Position numbers and translations under genes: made by a program | From: Chthoniobacteraceae bacterium | Lineage (GTDB): Bacteria > Verrucomicrobiota > Verrucomicrobiia > Chthoniobacterales > Chthoniobacteraceae | DNA: 54,539 bases | Assembly: GCA_031409655.1 (NCBI GenBank) | Contig: JANNXQ010000124.1 | Coordinates: 1-54,539 of the forward strand | Reading direction: 5' to 3' | The notes under the pieces: generated by a model | The model's input: only the letters and a program-made list of their open reading frames with translations | The model's database searches: none | What the model was told of the DNA's origin: nothing | Shown: positions 11,501 to 20,156 of the stretch, piece by piece | Layout: each line of letters begins with the position of its first letter | How positions within the stretch are numbered: position 1 is the stretch's first letter

Positions 11501-12033
11501 TGCGTCAGAATGTGCGTCGTGCCGCTCACCGTCGTGCGGCTGCCGGGGCCATTGATGCTGATGACGTTGTAATCCCGCGCATCGGTCGCCCGCAGCCGCG
11601 TGCCGGTGGTCGGAGAATCCCCCGCGCCTTTCAAAACGACGCCGCCCGCCTCGATCGTGACCGTGTTCGCGAGCTGGTATTCGCCGGCATTGAGAAAGAC
11701 CACGCCGCGCCAACCATTCGCATCGGGCGTCATCGCCTCCACGGAGTCAATCGCTGTCTGGATCAGTGTCGTGTCATCGCCCGCGCCTGGACTCACATTC
11801 ACCCAGCGCGCCGGCGGAATCAGCGCCGTGACATTCGGCAGCGGCTCGGTGCCGCCGCGATAGCCGCAGTGGGAAAAGTCCGCGATGCGCTGCCCGCGCT
11901 CATCGAGCTGGTAGAGCAGATTCCCGGTAGGCGATGGATAAACCCACGCGCCATTCGGCGCCTGTGCCGCCACGCGGAATGGGCCGAACGCGCTCGAAAG
12001 CAAAGCAGTGAGAATGAAAATGTGGCGGCGCAT
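8503..12033 (-). CDS. Secreted pectin-lyase-like beta-helix protein with DNRLRE/CBM96-like domain, Ig/cadherin-like repeats and C-terminal domain
   Basis: Signal peptide. GDDTTLIQTAID...GVVFLNAGEY...GVVLKGAG start of a beta-helix, and GPHHRWSVGGLFD. LTPVADAYVQGG...RESFLRWDL...YASRE...RPRLILT. Two NxAPTIS Ig-like repeats. Confidence 0.8.
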   Translation of the reverse strand: MRRHIFILTALLSSAFGPFRVAAQAPNGAWVYPSPTGNLLYQLDERGQRIADFSHCGYRGGTEPLPNVTALIPPARWVNVSPGAGDDTTLIQTAIDSVEAMTPDANGWRGVVFLNAGEYQLANTVTIEAGGVVLKGAGDSPTTGTRLRATDARDYNVISINGPGSRTTVSGTTHILTQKLVPAGARTFEVDSTAGLAVGHTVIVKRPSTANWIADMDMDLLGPDPVVPWTAGSKDLSFDRVITRIDGNWITVDVPLPSTFEAIYGGGQIWRYTWSNRIEQVGIEDLYGFSDYVSSTDELHSWKFIQINDVQHCWVREITAQYFAYSAVSAGSGTKWLTVADSQCLDPISLIEGGRRYSFNNEGAQGALFVNCYARKGRHDFVFGGTVPGPNAFVHCTADTAYSDTGPHHRWSVGGLFDGVTINGNEINVRNRGNSGTGHGWAGAYMAVWNCKAASFSVRNPPTARNWLVGSIGTIASSSGFSVGADPAGTYDSSGPSGTGKAVSPRSLYYGQLQQRMKWPDSEFREVWLGDVDQHSSTGGTGETVTCDATWLTQVEALSALPADAKFDYLAGNRYTACTLDFSLDPGDTIVAASLTVSLRGITNADADSIWLDSTTNPQSYTSLGWTPISTTAPTVRTVEVTPAMLADGRLNLAFGTNTAVDFAVLHLQVQKAQPSTHTITLTPVADAYVQGGANAGTTYGTAPTLLTKEDSNLDLDRESFLRWDLNGIGGKILQARVRLAGTSAAQTGNESCATFVSTGTWGETTITFANKPASGKLFAQWLPVTGQPVEFTVTPQVEETLLDSAKLLSLRIVSTDNYGAAGNVSYASRENSNAANRPRLILTLENTAPTISNVANQSVNEDTATAALPVVLGDDFTAAATLTVTGTSSNLVLVPNANIVFVGSGANRTVNITPAANQSGTATITLTASDGALTATDTFVLTVTAVNDSPTISNITDRSIAVNTNTGALGVTIGDIETAATSLTLTRASSNPTLVPLSGLVLGGSGASRTVTVTPAANQLGSSTITVTVSDGTLAASDAFVLTVTGTALETWRFANFGTTANTGNSADLADANNDGEANLLEYATAQNPNAASRVALAAARTAGAVEITYTKNKSATDVTFIVEWSDTLGSDWSTSGVSAPTILSDNGTTQQIKVTVPAGSGVTRRFVHLKVTRS

Positions 12034-12069
12034 AGACCTAAATACCTCGGTTTAAGTGGGTCGGTATAA

Positions 12070-12591
12070 TCATGGCCTTGTTACTTTGAGATGCACAAAG
12101 CGCCTGCCTACAGTCGCAGGCACGAGCGCTTTGATTTGCTGAGTGGTGCCGGTGTCGCTCAGGATGGTCGGGGCAGTGACGCCACTCGTGCTCCAGTCAT
12201 TACCCAGCGTATCGCTCCATTCGACGCTGAAGGTCACATCGGTGGCGGATTTGTTTTTGGTGTAGATGAAGTCGAGGACGCTGCCGTTCTTCGTCACGGA
12301 TTGCGGCACGGGGTCGTTGGCGGCGGGGTTCATTTTCGTCGCGTATTCGAGGAGGTTGGTGCTGCCGTCGTTGTCGCCATCGAGCGTGTCGAGGCCGGGG
12401 CCGGTGTTGAGTTGGCTGCCGAAGTTGGTGTAGCGCCATTGCTCGATGGGGCTGGTGATGAGGGTGAGGGTGACGTCGTTGCCGGTGCCTGCGTTGTAGA
12501 GGATGCGGAAGGTGTAGCCTTCGGGCGTGGTGAAGGTGCTGTTGTTAGCAAGGCCGGTGAAGGTGCCGGTCCACTCGGGGGTGTAGGTCAC
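12070..12591 (-). pseudogene. Orphan C-terminal fragment of a secreted protein, paralogous to the C-terminus of 8503..12033
   Basis: Starts mid-domain (GTFTGLANNSTF...YNAGTGNDVTLT) with no signal peptide. YTKNKSATDVTFxVEWSDTLGxDWSTSGV...RRFVHLKVTR is nearly identical to the neighbour's C-terminus. Confidence 0.65.
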
Positions 12592-12597
12592 GGCGAT

Positions 12598-13563
12598 TCA
12601 GGGCAGTGGTTGCGGGGTGAGCACGGAGACCTGCACATCGTCCAAGTAATACGCGGAAGCTGCCTCGGTGGCATCCTTGGGCACCCCGGCGGCGAGGATG
12701 AACACCAGCGTGCGCGCGCCACGCGGCAGGGGCATTTTCAGCGAGAAGGTGTGCCAGCCACGCTCCCCCGGCTCGGTGCCAAACGTCTCTTGCACGATCG
12801 CCACGCCACTATCCTCCGTCTTCTGCCAGAAGCGACTCCGGGCCTTGTCCGGCGGTTGATTGATCGCAAAGATGCGGATGCTGTAGAGCGAGCTGACCTC
12901 GCTGTTCGCCGCGCAGAACGAAGCCGTCACTTGCACCTCCGCATCGCCACCCCGGCTGGCCTTCGCCCGCGAGCGCAGATCGAGCATCTGATAAGCCGAG
13001 GACAAGTTGGTTTTGCCCTGCTTGTTCCGCGGAAGCGGCTCCAGTCGCAGCATCCGCTGCCCTTCCCGCGGCTCCACGCCGTTCTCCGCCGTGACCACCC
13101 GTCCCGATTTAGCCCCCCACGCTCCCACTCGACTCGGCACGTCACGCGCCGTGATCGGCGCAGTGCTCTCCAGTCCCGGATCGAAAACCGCCAGCGGCGT
13201 CTTTTTCACCGCGTTGGCCTGCTGCGCCACGAAACCAAGCACCAGCGACGTGCAAAACATGCCAGCCACAATCCCCGCCGCCGCCGCCATGAGCGGACGC
13301 CAGGCATACCAGCGCGGAGTGCGGACCACCTTTGACTGTGCGTCCGACGGCGCAGGGTCCAGCAGCGAAACGATGCTGTCGTCACGCAACCGGTGGATCA
13401 GCGCCTGCTCATCCACCATCAGGCGCGCCATCGCGGCGCGGGCGCCGGGATCGTTGCGCAGCAGCTCGTTGAGCGTGGCCCGAGCCGTGTCGTCCTGCGC
13501 ATCACGCGCGGCGTGAAGCAAGGCGAGCAACTGCTGTTCGAGGGAAGAGGGTTCGCTGTTCAT
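12598..13563 (-). CDS. Putative anti-sigma factor (single TM helix, periplasmic beta domain)
   Basis: Overlaps the sigma gene stop (ATGA). N-terminal LNELLRNDPGAR, then the WRPLMAAAAGIVAG TM segment, which is typical of PVC FecR-like anti-sigma factors. Confidence 0.7.
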   Translation of the reverse strand: MNSEPSSLEQQLLALLHAARDAQDDTARATLNELLRNDPGARAAMARLMVDEQALIHRLRDDSIVSLLDPAPSDAQSKVVRTPRWYAWRPLMAAAAGIVAGMFCTSLVLGFVAQQANAVKKTPLAVFDPGLESTAPITARDVPSRVGAWGAKSGRVVTAENGVEPREGQRMLRLEPLPRNKQGKTNLSSAYQMLDLRSRAKASRGGDAEVQVTASFCAANSEVSSLYSIRIFAINQPPDKARSRFWQKTEDSGVAIVQETFGTEPGERGWHTFSLKMPLPRGARTLVFILAAGVPKDATEAASAYYLDDVQVSVLTPQPLP

Positions 13564-14084
13564 GGGGCAAGGCGGAGTTGACGTTCGATGCAGGCGCTGA
13601 GCTGCTCCCGCAGTCGCAGCAGGATCATTTTCACCGCGCTCTCGCTGCGACCGACGGCGCTGGAAAGTTCCCGCACACCTCGCCCGGCGATGTAGTGCTC
13701 CCGGAGCAAATCACGCTGCTCCGGCTGCACTTTCTCAAGGCAGGTGCCCAGCGCCTCTCGGCGGTCTTCAAACTGGGCCGCCACCGCCTCGGTGTCGTCC
13801 GCCATCGCCAGCACCACGTCCTCATCAAAGACCAGCCGGTCCCGCATTTTGTCCCGGAGATGGGAGAGCACGGTGAACCGCGCCACCGCAAAGGCCCAGG
13901 GTAGAAACTCCGTGTCCGCATTCCACTCCGCGGACTTCTCCCAGAGCTTCACACACGTCGCCTGCAACGCCTCCTGGGCATCCTGCCGGTGCGCCAACTG
14001 CGCATGACAGAACGCCTCCAGCGCCGGCTGATGCCGGGTCAGCGCGGCGATGAATTTTGCAGGGTCTGGGGGAAGAGATGGCAC
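13560..14084 (-). CDS. ECF sigma-70 factor
   Basis: Region 2 DAQEALQATCVKLWEK...FLPWAFAVARF. Region 4 LLREHY...VRELSSAVGRSESAVKMILLRLREQL. The start at GTG 14084 is inferred. Confidence 0.88.
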   Translation of the reverse strand: MPSLPPDPAKFIAALTRHQPALEAFCHAQLAHRQDAQEALQATCVKLWEKSAEWNADTEFLPWAFAVARFTVLSHLRDKMRDRLVFDEDVVLAMADDTEAVAAQFEDRREALGTCLEKVQPEQRDLLREHYIAGRGVRELSSAVGRSESAVKMILLRLREQLSACIERQLRLAP

Positions 14085-14393
14085 TTCAAGGGGTTCATTC
14101 CAGAACAGGCGGCCCTGGTCACATATTTGTTCGCAAAGTTTGAAAAAACAGCGCCGCACAACGATCCGCGCCAGTCCTCGGTTGCCTCGGTGGGTGAATT
14201 GCCAAAGAGCCGCTGCCTGTTCCCCGTTGAAGGGTTGGATGGCGGAACATTTGCTGAACGGGAGCGCGGCGAATGCGAGCCAGCAATTGCGCCGGGGCCG
14301 CGATGGGGCCTCGCCGGTGAAACTGCCGGCAGGACTCAAGCGCCTGATCGAGGAGTCGGGAGTTGTTGCCTGACCCCGTTGTCCTTGGAGCGT

Positions 14394-14990
14394 TCAGCCC
14401 AGCGGCAGATAGCAACCGATCGCAGGCGTGAGGCGTGGATTGGGCGGCCGGCCGGCCAGGATCGATTCCAGTGCCAGGCGCAGATCGTGACGACTCGGCG
14501 TGGGGCGGGTGCGGCCCACTTGAATCGCCCGGTCGTCGATGCGGCCGCGGTAGAGCAGCTTTCCGGCGGGGGAAAAGACCGCAGCCTCGGGCATGCGGGT
14601 GGCGCCGGCGAGGCGGGCGAGGTGGAGTTTGGGATCGAGCAATCCCGGGAAATTCAGGCCGTAGTCCCGGCGGTGGGTGTTGATCTCGACCGCGGTCTCG
14701 GTGGTGTAGATGCCGAAAAAGTGGACCCCGCGCGGGGTGAACTCGCTGGCGAGACGGGTTAATGCCGGCGCGGTGGCGTTGGTCAACGGGCAGTCGTGCG
14801 CAAGGAAGATCAGCACGGTCGCTTTCTGGCCATGGTCCGCGAGAGGAGTGCGCGTCGATCCATCGGACGCGGGCAGGGCGTTTTGGGCTACAAGCGCGAA
14901 ATTCGCCGCGGCGTCCTCGGGGGATCCGGGCATCCCTCCCAAGGCCAGGGCGGCTGGCAGGAGGATGAGGAGCGTGATCTCGCGGAGCAT
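14394..14990 (-). CDS. Redoxin/thioredoxin-like (AhpC-TSA) protein
   Basis: VLIFLAHDCPLTN, LAGATRMPEAAV, LLYRGRIDD and C-terminal AIGCYLP. Signal peptide present. Confidence 0.85.
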   Translation of the reverse strand: MLREITLLILLPAALALGGMPGSPEDAAANFALVAQNALPASDGSTRTPLADHGQKATVLIFLAHDCPLTNATAPALTRLASEFTPRGVHFFGIYTTETAVEINTHRRDYGLNFPGLLDPKLHLARLAGATRMPEAAVFSPAGKLLYRGRIDDRAIQVGRTRPTPSRHDLRLALESILAGRPPNPRLTPAIGCYLPLG

Positions 14991-14999
14991 GGGTATCCG

Positions 15000-16532
15000 T
15001 TAGTCGATCCCGATTTCGCCAAAACCTTTCATCATTGGAAGGAGCAGGTCGATGCCGGGCTTTAACTCATTGCCTTCCAGTTTGCCGTCGCCATTTTTAT
15101 CCAGAGTCAGCGTCAGGCCCCGCAGCATGACCAGACGCTCGGCTTCGGGCAACTTCACCTCGCTGCCAATCTGGCTGCGCACCGTGCGCAGGCCGGCGGT
15201 ATCGTTTTCAAAAACCCGCTGGATCAACTGTCCGGTGAGCGTGCGCTTCAGTGCCGTGTGCAGGGTCTTCTTATCTTCCGGCGTGTCCAGCATAGTGGTC
15301 AACGTGATCGTGCCCATCTCGTCGCTCGAAGTCGGCCCCCAGCGCACCGGGCGCGGCGGTTGATGGACCTGATGCGGATTGCCCGCGCTGTTGTCCCAGG
15401 AAATCAGCACGTCGAGCCGCGTGCCGGCGGGCAGTTTCACCGGCTGTTTGAAGGCGTAGTCTTCCTGCCAGGCAAAGTTCCAGCCGGACATTTTCAGGAG
15501 CCACTGCTTGTTCCCATTGGGCAGCGTCGCCGTCATCTCCATGCGTTTGCCGAGGTAATGCGCGTGCGCGTTGACCGCGATCGCTTCGACATCGACCGGC
15601 AGGACCATGCTGCTTTCCTTGATATATTCCTTTTCCCCCGCCGGGATGTCGATCCCCGCCAGAATCCCGAAGAACGGTGGCACCGGCACGATCGTCCAAG
15701 GCCGGGCGGTCGGCTGGTCCGCGCGATGGAACCCCAGCGACGGGCGATCCTGCTGCGCCGTCTTGCCGTTCGGGTGATAGTGGACCTGCAGGACTAAGTC
15801 CGAGCCTTTCGGCAGGAGCCAGGCCAGACCGTGACTTAACACCGCCGGGTCCGTGCCCAGATCCCAGCCGCCGAGGTAGCGAAACCTCCCATTCGCCCGG
15901 CCCATACCGTCATAACCGGGGGCGGGATCGGCGGCGTCGTAACCGCGGGCTTTGCCGCTGGTATCGATGAAATAAAGAACGTGATGCACCACGCTCGGCG
16001 CCCCGGGCTTGAACTCGAGGGCGTTGACCCACGTGTCCTCAGAGAGATTCAGCGGGATGACAAAGTTGCGATAGACGTCCGGTCCCTCGACCGGCACCGG
16101 ATAAGCCTCGGAAGCCTCGGCGACAAAATCGGGTGTCCCCAGTTTCCAGCCTTCCGGGAACCTCGGCGGCGCGGGCAGTTTGGCCGGATCGCCCTCGGGC
16201 ATCCCAGCCTCGAACCAGCGCTGAATGAGCGCGATTTGGTCGGCGCTCAGCGAGCGATCGTTCGCGTAATCGACGACCCCGGGATCTGCGTGCCAGGGCG
16301 GCATGACGCGGTCGGTGGTGATGTCGGCAATCTGCTCGGCGCGCTTTTTCACCTGCGCATAAGTCAGCAGGGTAAAGGGAGCACCCTGGCCGTCCCGATG
16401 GCACCCCGAGCATTTCGCGTGGATGAGCGGCGCGATGTGCTCGGTAAAGGTGGGCGTGGCGTCCGCGGCGTCCGCGCGGAGAGCGGTGGCCCAGATCAGC
16501 GCGGAGATGGCGAGGCACGAGGGTCGAATCAT
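15000..16532 (-). CDS. Cytochrome c / copper type II monooxygenase-like (PHM/DBH-like) protein with C-terminal EF-hand
   Basis: CSGCH heme motif and MPPW. Cu-ligand-like HHVLY, HYH, HAH and DEMG. EF-hand DKNGDGKLEGNEL. Confidence 0.8.
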   Translation of the reverse strand: MIRPSCLAISALIWATALRADAADATPTFTEHIAPLIHAKCSGCHRDGQGAPFTLLTYAQVKKRAEQIADITTDRVMPPWHADPGVVDYANDRSLSADQIALIQRWFEAGMPEGDPAKLPAPPRFPEGWKLGTPDFVAEASEAYPVPVEGPDVYRNFVIPLNLSEDTWVNALEFKPGAPSVVHHVLYFIDTSGKARGYDAADPAPGYDGMGRANGRFRYLGGWDLGTDPAVLSHGLAWLLPKGSDLVLQVHYHPNGKTAQQDRPSLGFHRADQPTARPWTIVPVPPFFGILAGIDIPAGEKEYIKESSMVLPVDVEAIAVNAHAHYLGKRMEMTATLPNGNKQWLLKMSGWNFAWQEDYAFKQPVKLPAGTRLDVLISWDNSAGNPHQVHQPPRPVRWGPTSSDEMGTITLTTMLDTPEDKKTLHTALKRTLTGQLIQRVFENDTAGLRTVRSQIGSEVKLPEAERLVMLRGLTLTLDKNGDGKLEGNELKPGIDLLLPMMKGFGEIGID

Positions 16533-16569
16533 TTCCCGATTCTGCCAGAGGCTTGGTGCATCACAAGCC

Positions 16570-16607
16570 GCCGGAAGTCATGTCGTGGTCATGGTGGCCT
16601 ATGACTC
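16570..16607. promoter_or_regulatory. Candidate operator (GTCATG..GTCATG..YATGAC), copy 1
   Basis: 31/38 identical to 17852-17889. Lies just upstream of the monooxygenase start codon. Confidence 0.45.
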
Positions 16608-16610
16608 CTG

Positions 16611-16660
16611 GACGCAAGAAGCCGAGCTCGCGCCCCGAGAGCTGCGTGGACGCCGCCGCG
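16611..16660 (-). repeat. 50-bp duplicate of the response-regulator gene interior
   Basis: 47/50 identical to 18054-18103 (AAASTxLSGREL). Confidence 0.8.
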
Positions 16661-16715
16661 CCCCGGAGTAAGCGACAATTTACCTGTCGTGCGTTCAACC
16701 AGGCCAAGGTCGCCG

Positions 16716-17786
16716 TCACGGTTGTCGGGCACGAAGGCGCGTGAAAGCGCGCACGCCCGCGGGCAACTGGACCGTGATGGTTCCCTGAGTGCCGGTCGGC
16801 AGTGGGTTGGTGCCGCTGGAGACGGAGGATGCCGGAGCCACGGACCACGAGGCGGCGGCGAGACTATTGGAGAACTCGACCCAGACCGGGCCGCGGGTGC
16901 CGGAAGGCGGCAGTGTGAGGATGCTCCGCGGGGCTGGACTGGCGGACTGAAGGGCGGGCGTGAGGGTGGTGGCAGGCACGTTGGCAGCGTGGCCGCAAGC
17001 CCAGGCGAGGCCCAAGGGGGCTGCGCCCGGCGAGATCGGGGCGGTGAAGGAGGCACCGGCCAGGCCATTGGCCGAGGTCCAATCGATCCAACCGTTGAGG
17101 GGGATGCGGACAGGGCCCGCGGCTCGGATCGAGCCTACGGCCCGGATGGTGACCGGGGTGCCGCCGAGGTCGATCGTATCGGTGAAATCGACGGGAACGG
17201 TGACGGTAGATTGGAAGGTGCGATGGGTGGAGTCGGCGGCGCCGGCGACCATGACGACCGTGCCGGTGCCGGAGCCGGTTCCCCCAAAGGGAGCGGTGGA
17301 GAAATCCGAACTGACCGGGTTGCCCAGGGCGGTCCCGCTGACCGTGCCGCGGTTGATTAGAATGCGGTGGAGGGATGCATTGAAGGTGCCGCCGCTGGCA
17401 TTGGGTGTAACCGGTGCCGGAGGCGCCGGAGTAAAGGCGGTGCCGCCCAAGCCCGAGGTGGTGACGTCGGCCACGGTGACGATGACGAACACCCTGAGCA
17501 CAAAGTTCATGTTGCTCAGCGAGATGTTCCCACTGGTGATGGTCAATTCCGTGGTGGCTCCAGTGGTGGGGTCCGCATTGATTGAGCCGTCGATGGTGCC
17601 GGTGACGTTGCTGGTTTCCGTGTCGCTGGTGGTCTGGCCGCTTGCGGTAGCGGTGACGGTAACGTTGAGTTTGTTGACGCCAGTGGCAGGAGTCACAAGC
17701 GTGAGCGTTCCATTGCCCGTGAATGCCTGGACAGACATGGTGCCGGCGAGGGCCAGTACCGGGACCATAAGGAGGAGGGATTTCAT
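16716..17786 (-). CDS. Secreted Thr/Gly-rich beta protein with verrucomicrobial-type C-terminal domain
   Basis: MKSLLLMVPVLALAG signal at ATG 17786. C-terminus VWVEFSNSLAAASW...AFTRLRARQP. Confidence 0.7.
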   Translation of the reverse strand: MKSLLLMVPVLALAGTMSVQAFTGNGTLTLVTPATGVNKLNVTVTATASGQTTSDTETSNVTGTIDGSINADPTTGATTELTITSGNISLSNMNFVLRVFVIVTVADVTTSGLGGTAFTPAPPAPVTPNASGGTFNASLHRILINRGTVSGTALGNPVSSDFSTAPFGGTGSGTGTVVMVAGAADSTHRTFQSTVTVPVDFTDTIDLGGTPVTIRAVGSIRAAGPVRIPLNGWIDWTSANGLAGASFTAPISPGAAPLGLAWACGHAANVPATTLTPALQSASPAPRSILTLPPSGTRGPVWVEFSNSLAAASWSVAPASSVSSGTNPLPTGTQGTITVQLPAGVRAFTRLRARQP

Positions 17787-17851
17787 AGGGGGCGAATGAC
17801 CCCGCAAGGCTGCCGGAAGCTTTTCCCGTGTCAAGGCGCCGGAGGTCAGGC

Positions 17852-17889
17852 GCCGGAGGTCATGGCGGGGTCATGCCGGCCCATGACCC
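17852..17889. promoter_or_regulatory. Candidate operator, copy 2
   Basis: gccggaggtcatggcggggtcatgccggcccatgaccc, containing the inverted pair GGTCATG/CATGACC. Preceded by a tandem duplication of ggcgccggaggtca. Confidence 0.45.
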
Positions 17890-17898
17890 GTGGAGTTT

Positions 17899-18560
17899 TC
17901 AGGCGAGTCCCAAATCGCGGGCCTTGAGCGCGGCCTGCGTCCGATCCAGCACGCCGAGCCGCAAGAAGCCGCTCGTCAGGTGATTTTTAACCGTCCCTTC
18001 GGTGACGTGCAAAGCGCTGGCGATCTCCTTGTTCGTCCGGCCGCGCGCGACCTGACGCAAGACGTCGAGCTCGCGCCCCGAGAGCAGCGTGGACGCCGCC
18101 GCGGCCTCCGTGCCCCGAAGCGAGGAGAGCCGATTGAACTCCGCCACCACCTTCGTTGCGACGCTCGGCTCCAGGACGCTTTCCCCTCGCACCGCCGCGC
18201 GGATCGCCTCGGCGAGTTTGCCGGACGGCGCGTCCTTGAGCAGATAGCCGCAGGCACCCGCCCGCAGGGCATCGAAGATTTCCTCGTCCTCGTGAAAGAT
18301 CGTCAACACCAGGACGCGCGAAGCCGGGCCGGCTTCGCGCACGCGCCGGGTGGCCTCCACCCCGCCCATGATCGGCATGCGCAGATCCATGAGCACGAGG
18401 TCCGGTTGCAGCGTCCGCGCCGCTTCCACGGCCTCGGCACCATTGGCCGCTTCGCCGAGATCTCGAAATCACGCTCCAGGGAAAGCAGCCTGCGCACGCC
18501 CTCGCAAAAGAGCGCCTGGTCATCGGACAAAAGAATGCGGATCGACGAAACGGCGCTCAT
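17899..18560 (-). pseudogene. NarL/LuxR-family response regulator with a 1-nt frameshift
   Basis: IRILLSDDQALF...DFEI is in one frame and GEAANGAEAV...PDLVLMDLRMP...LSGRELDVL...TNKEIASALHVTEGTVKNH in another. One base is missing near 18459 (gag atc [g]tc ggc gaa). Confidence 0.85.
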
Positions 18561-18625
18561 TCGGGAAGTCCAATGGTCAGTGTGAAACCCATGCCGCGAG
18601 GGAAACTACTGACCGGGAAACCACT
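18557..18625 (-). pseudogene. Possible C-terminal remnant of the cognate histidine kinase
   Basis: ...SSFPRGMGFTLTIGLPE* resembles the end of a HATPase domain, and its stop overlaps the regulator ATG (ATGA). Confidence 0.4.
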
Positions 18626-18649
18626 GACCTGTCCCTCTGCGCGCCTCAA

Positions 18650-19075
18650 TGAGTGGGGGCCTCGGCCGCGATCGCTGCCCTGGCCATTGCACGGGAAGGT
18701 GCGGCCGCAATCGCTGACAGTGAAGGCCGTGACGCGGTTGAGGAAACTCGCGTCGCCGTACTGCGTGCCGATGGCAACCACCGCGCGCTGGAAGGAGTGA
18801 ATGCACTGGCTGACTTCGGCGAGCAGATTGGCCTGCGCGCCGAGGATCACGTCGGCCGGCGACGGCGTCCGCTTTGGAGGCGGTGCTTTGATTGGTGTGG
18901 GTATCGAAGCCGCCCATCTGGGCGAAGAAGATCTGCCGCTTCATCCCGAGGCCATTGCTCACGCCGTTCTGCCGGTAGCCCACTTCGATGATCCTGGCGA
19001 CCACGCGCAGTTACGCCATCAGGCCCGAGCCGAAGGTCGAGCCGCCATTGGGAGTGACGCGACTTGGTCGATGGA
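18650..19075 (-). pseudogene. Degenerate internal fragment of a second DUF1501 gene
   Basis: Colinear with ~1110-1510 (GLGMKRQIFF..GGFDTHTNQ; ANLLAEVSQCIHSFQRA; RVTAFTVSDCGRTFP). Contains frameshifts and motif-destroying changes (SDFGR>SDCGR, DHGWG>DRGRG). Confidence 0.88.
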
Positions 19076-19103
19076 ACGTGACAGAAGACCTGTCCCGGGA
19101 CGT

Positions 19104-19141
19104 GACACCCGCCGGCGGGTGTCCTGAGCGCAGTCGAAGGG
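19104..19141. repeat. Perfect 20-bp palindrome followed by a CTGAGCGCAGTCGAAG REP-like motif
   Basis: gacacccgccggcgggtgtc (19104-19123) is self-complementary. The adjoining motif resembles the ttgagcttatcgaa insert at ~26352-26366. Confidence 0.5.
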
Positions 19142-19260
19142 CCGAACCCCAGTACGCGCCGGAGGCGCACAAAGTACTTCACGGCTTCAGCCGGCCAAGC
19201 CGTTCCCGTGGCGGTGATCGTCGATCTCCGGGCACCCAGTTCTCTGGGACCGGAGCAAGA

Positions 19261-19596
19261 TTTTCCAATATCAGAAAACGGTTTCCCAAACCCTGGAAGC
19301 CGTTTCCCAATATCAAGCAGCCATTTTCCAATATCAGGAAACGGTTTCCCAGTATCAGGAAACCGTCTCCGAATATCAGGAAGCCCCTTCCCAATATCAG
19401 GAAGCCTTTTCCCGATATCAGGAAACCGTTCCGTGTCATTGGAAAGCCGCCTGGAAATACTCGGCTTTCCTTTCCAGACATCAGCCAGACCATCCCCGAT
19501 ATACGAAAGCCGCTCCGTGATATTGGGAAATCGCTCCCAGATACCACGAAACGCCCGGCGAACATCATCGAGCCTCCCGCCGATATCGGGATGCGC
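19261..19596. repeat. Tandem array of 16 x 21-bp quasi-palindromic units (consensus TTTCCCAATATCAGGAAACCG)
   Basis: Units are in exact 21-nt register from 19261 with no indels. Units 1-8 are well conserved and units 9-16 are progressively degenerate. Confidence 0.9.
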
Positions 19597-19658
19597 CGCA
19601 GCTACGTCACCTCGCCCCTTCCCGATCCCTTCTCAGCAGTCTTCGGGTCAGGGCTGGG

Positions 19659-19976
19659 TCAGGGCTCGCTTTTGCGCGGGCGACCACGGGGCCGGGCTTG
19701 CCGATGCGGAGTGGAAACAACTTCTGGAATCCGCTTCACGCGTGAGGGCGGCAAGCCCCCATGCTGCACCAAATCCCAAATCTCCAGATGATAGGCGTTC
19801 GCCATGCGGGCCATCGTGTCCAAACGCAGGTTTTTCCGGCCCCATTCCACCATTTGGTAGTACTTGTAATCCATCCCGCAAAGGGCTGCCGCCTGCTCCT
19901 GCGTCAAAGCATGGCGCTGCCGCAATTCACGGAGGCGCTCCCCGAAGAATTTGGTGGCGGCAATGTGATCGGGCAC
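19659..19976 (-). CDS. XRE-family helix-turn-helix regulator
   Basis: FGERLRELRQRHALTQEQAAALCGMDYKYYQMVEWGRKNLRLDTMARMA. Confidence 0.85.
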   Translation of the reverse strand: MPDHIAATKFFGERLRELRQRHALTQEQAAALCGMDYKYYQMVEWGRKNLRLDTMARMANAYHLEIWDLVQHGGLPPSRVKRIPEVVSTPHRQARPRGRPRKSEP

Positions 19977-20156
19977 TCCCGCAGGTTCCCCATCCGCCGT
20001 TTCCGCGAACGCCGCTCTATAAAATACCCTTGCAATCTGACAACCGAAGCTCTGAGTCCACGCCGGAAAGTGCGGATTCTCTCCTTGACTGAATCCGCAC
20101 GGCCCACATCCTCGCGGCGGCTCGCCTCCTCAACCTCAGAACGAATTCTCCTGGCT

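Noticed and set aside
8510..12440. C-terminal duplicate pair as DGR template/variable repeats
   Set aside because: There is no reverse transcriptase, and the differences look mostly synonymous rather than adenine-specific.
14085..14339. Long N-terminal extensions in the ORF track (sigma factor; likewise 8659, 19761, 29392, 29660)
   Set aside because: They are non-homologous or overlap neighbouring genes, and downstream starts fit the domains and signal peptides better.
19261..19596. Array as a CRISPR locus
   Set aside because: The units are contiguous with no unique spacers, and there are no cas genes.
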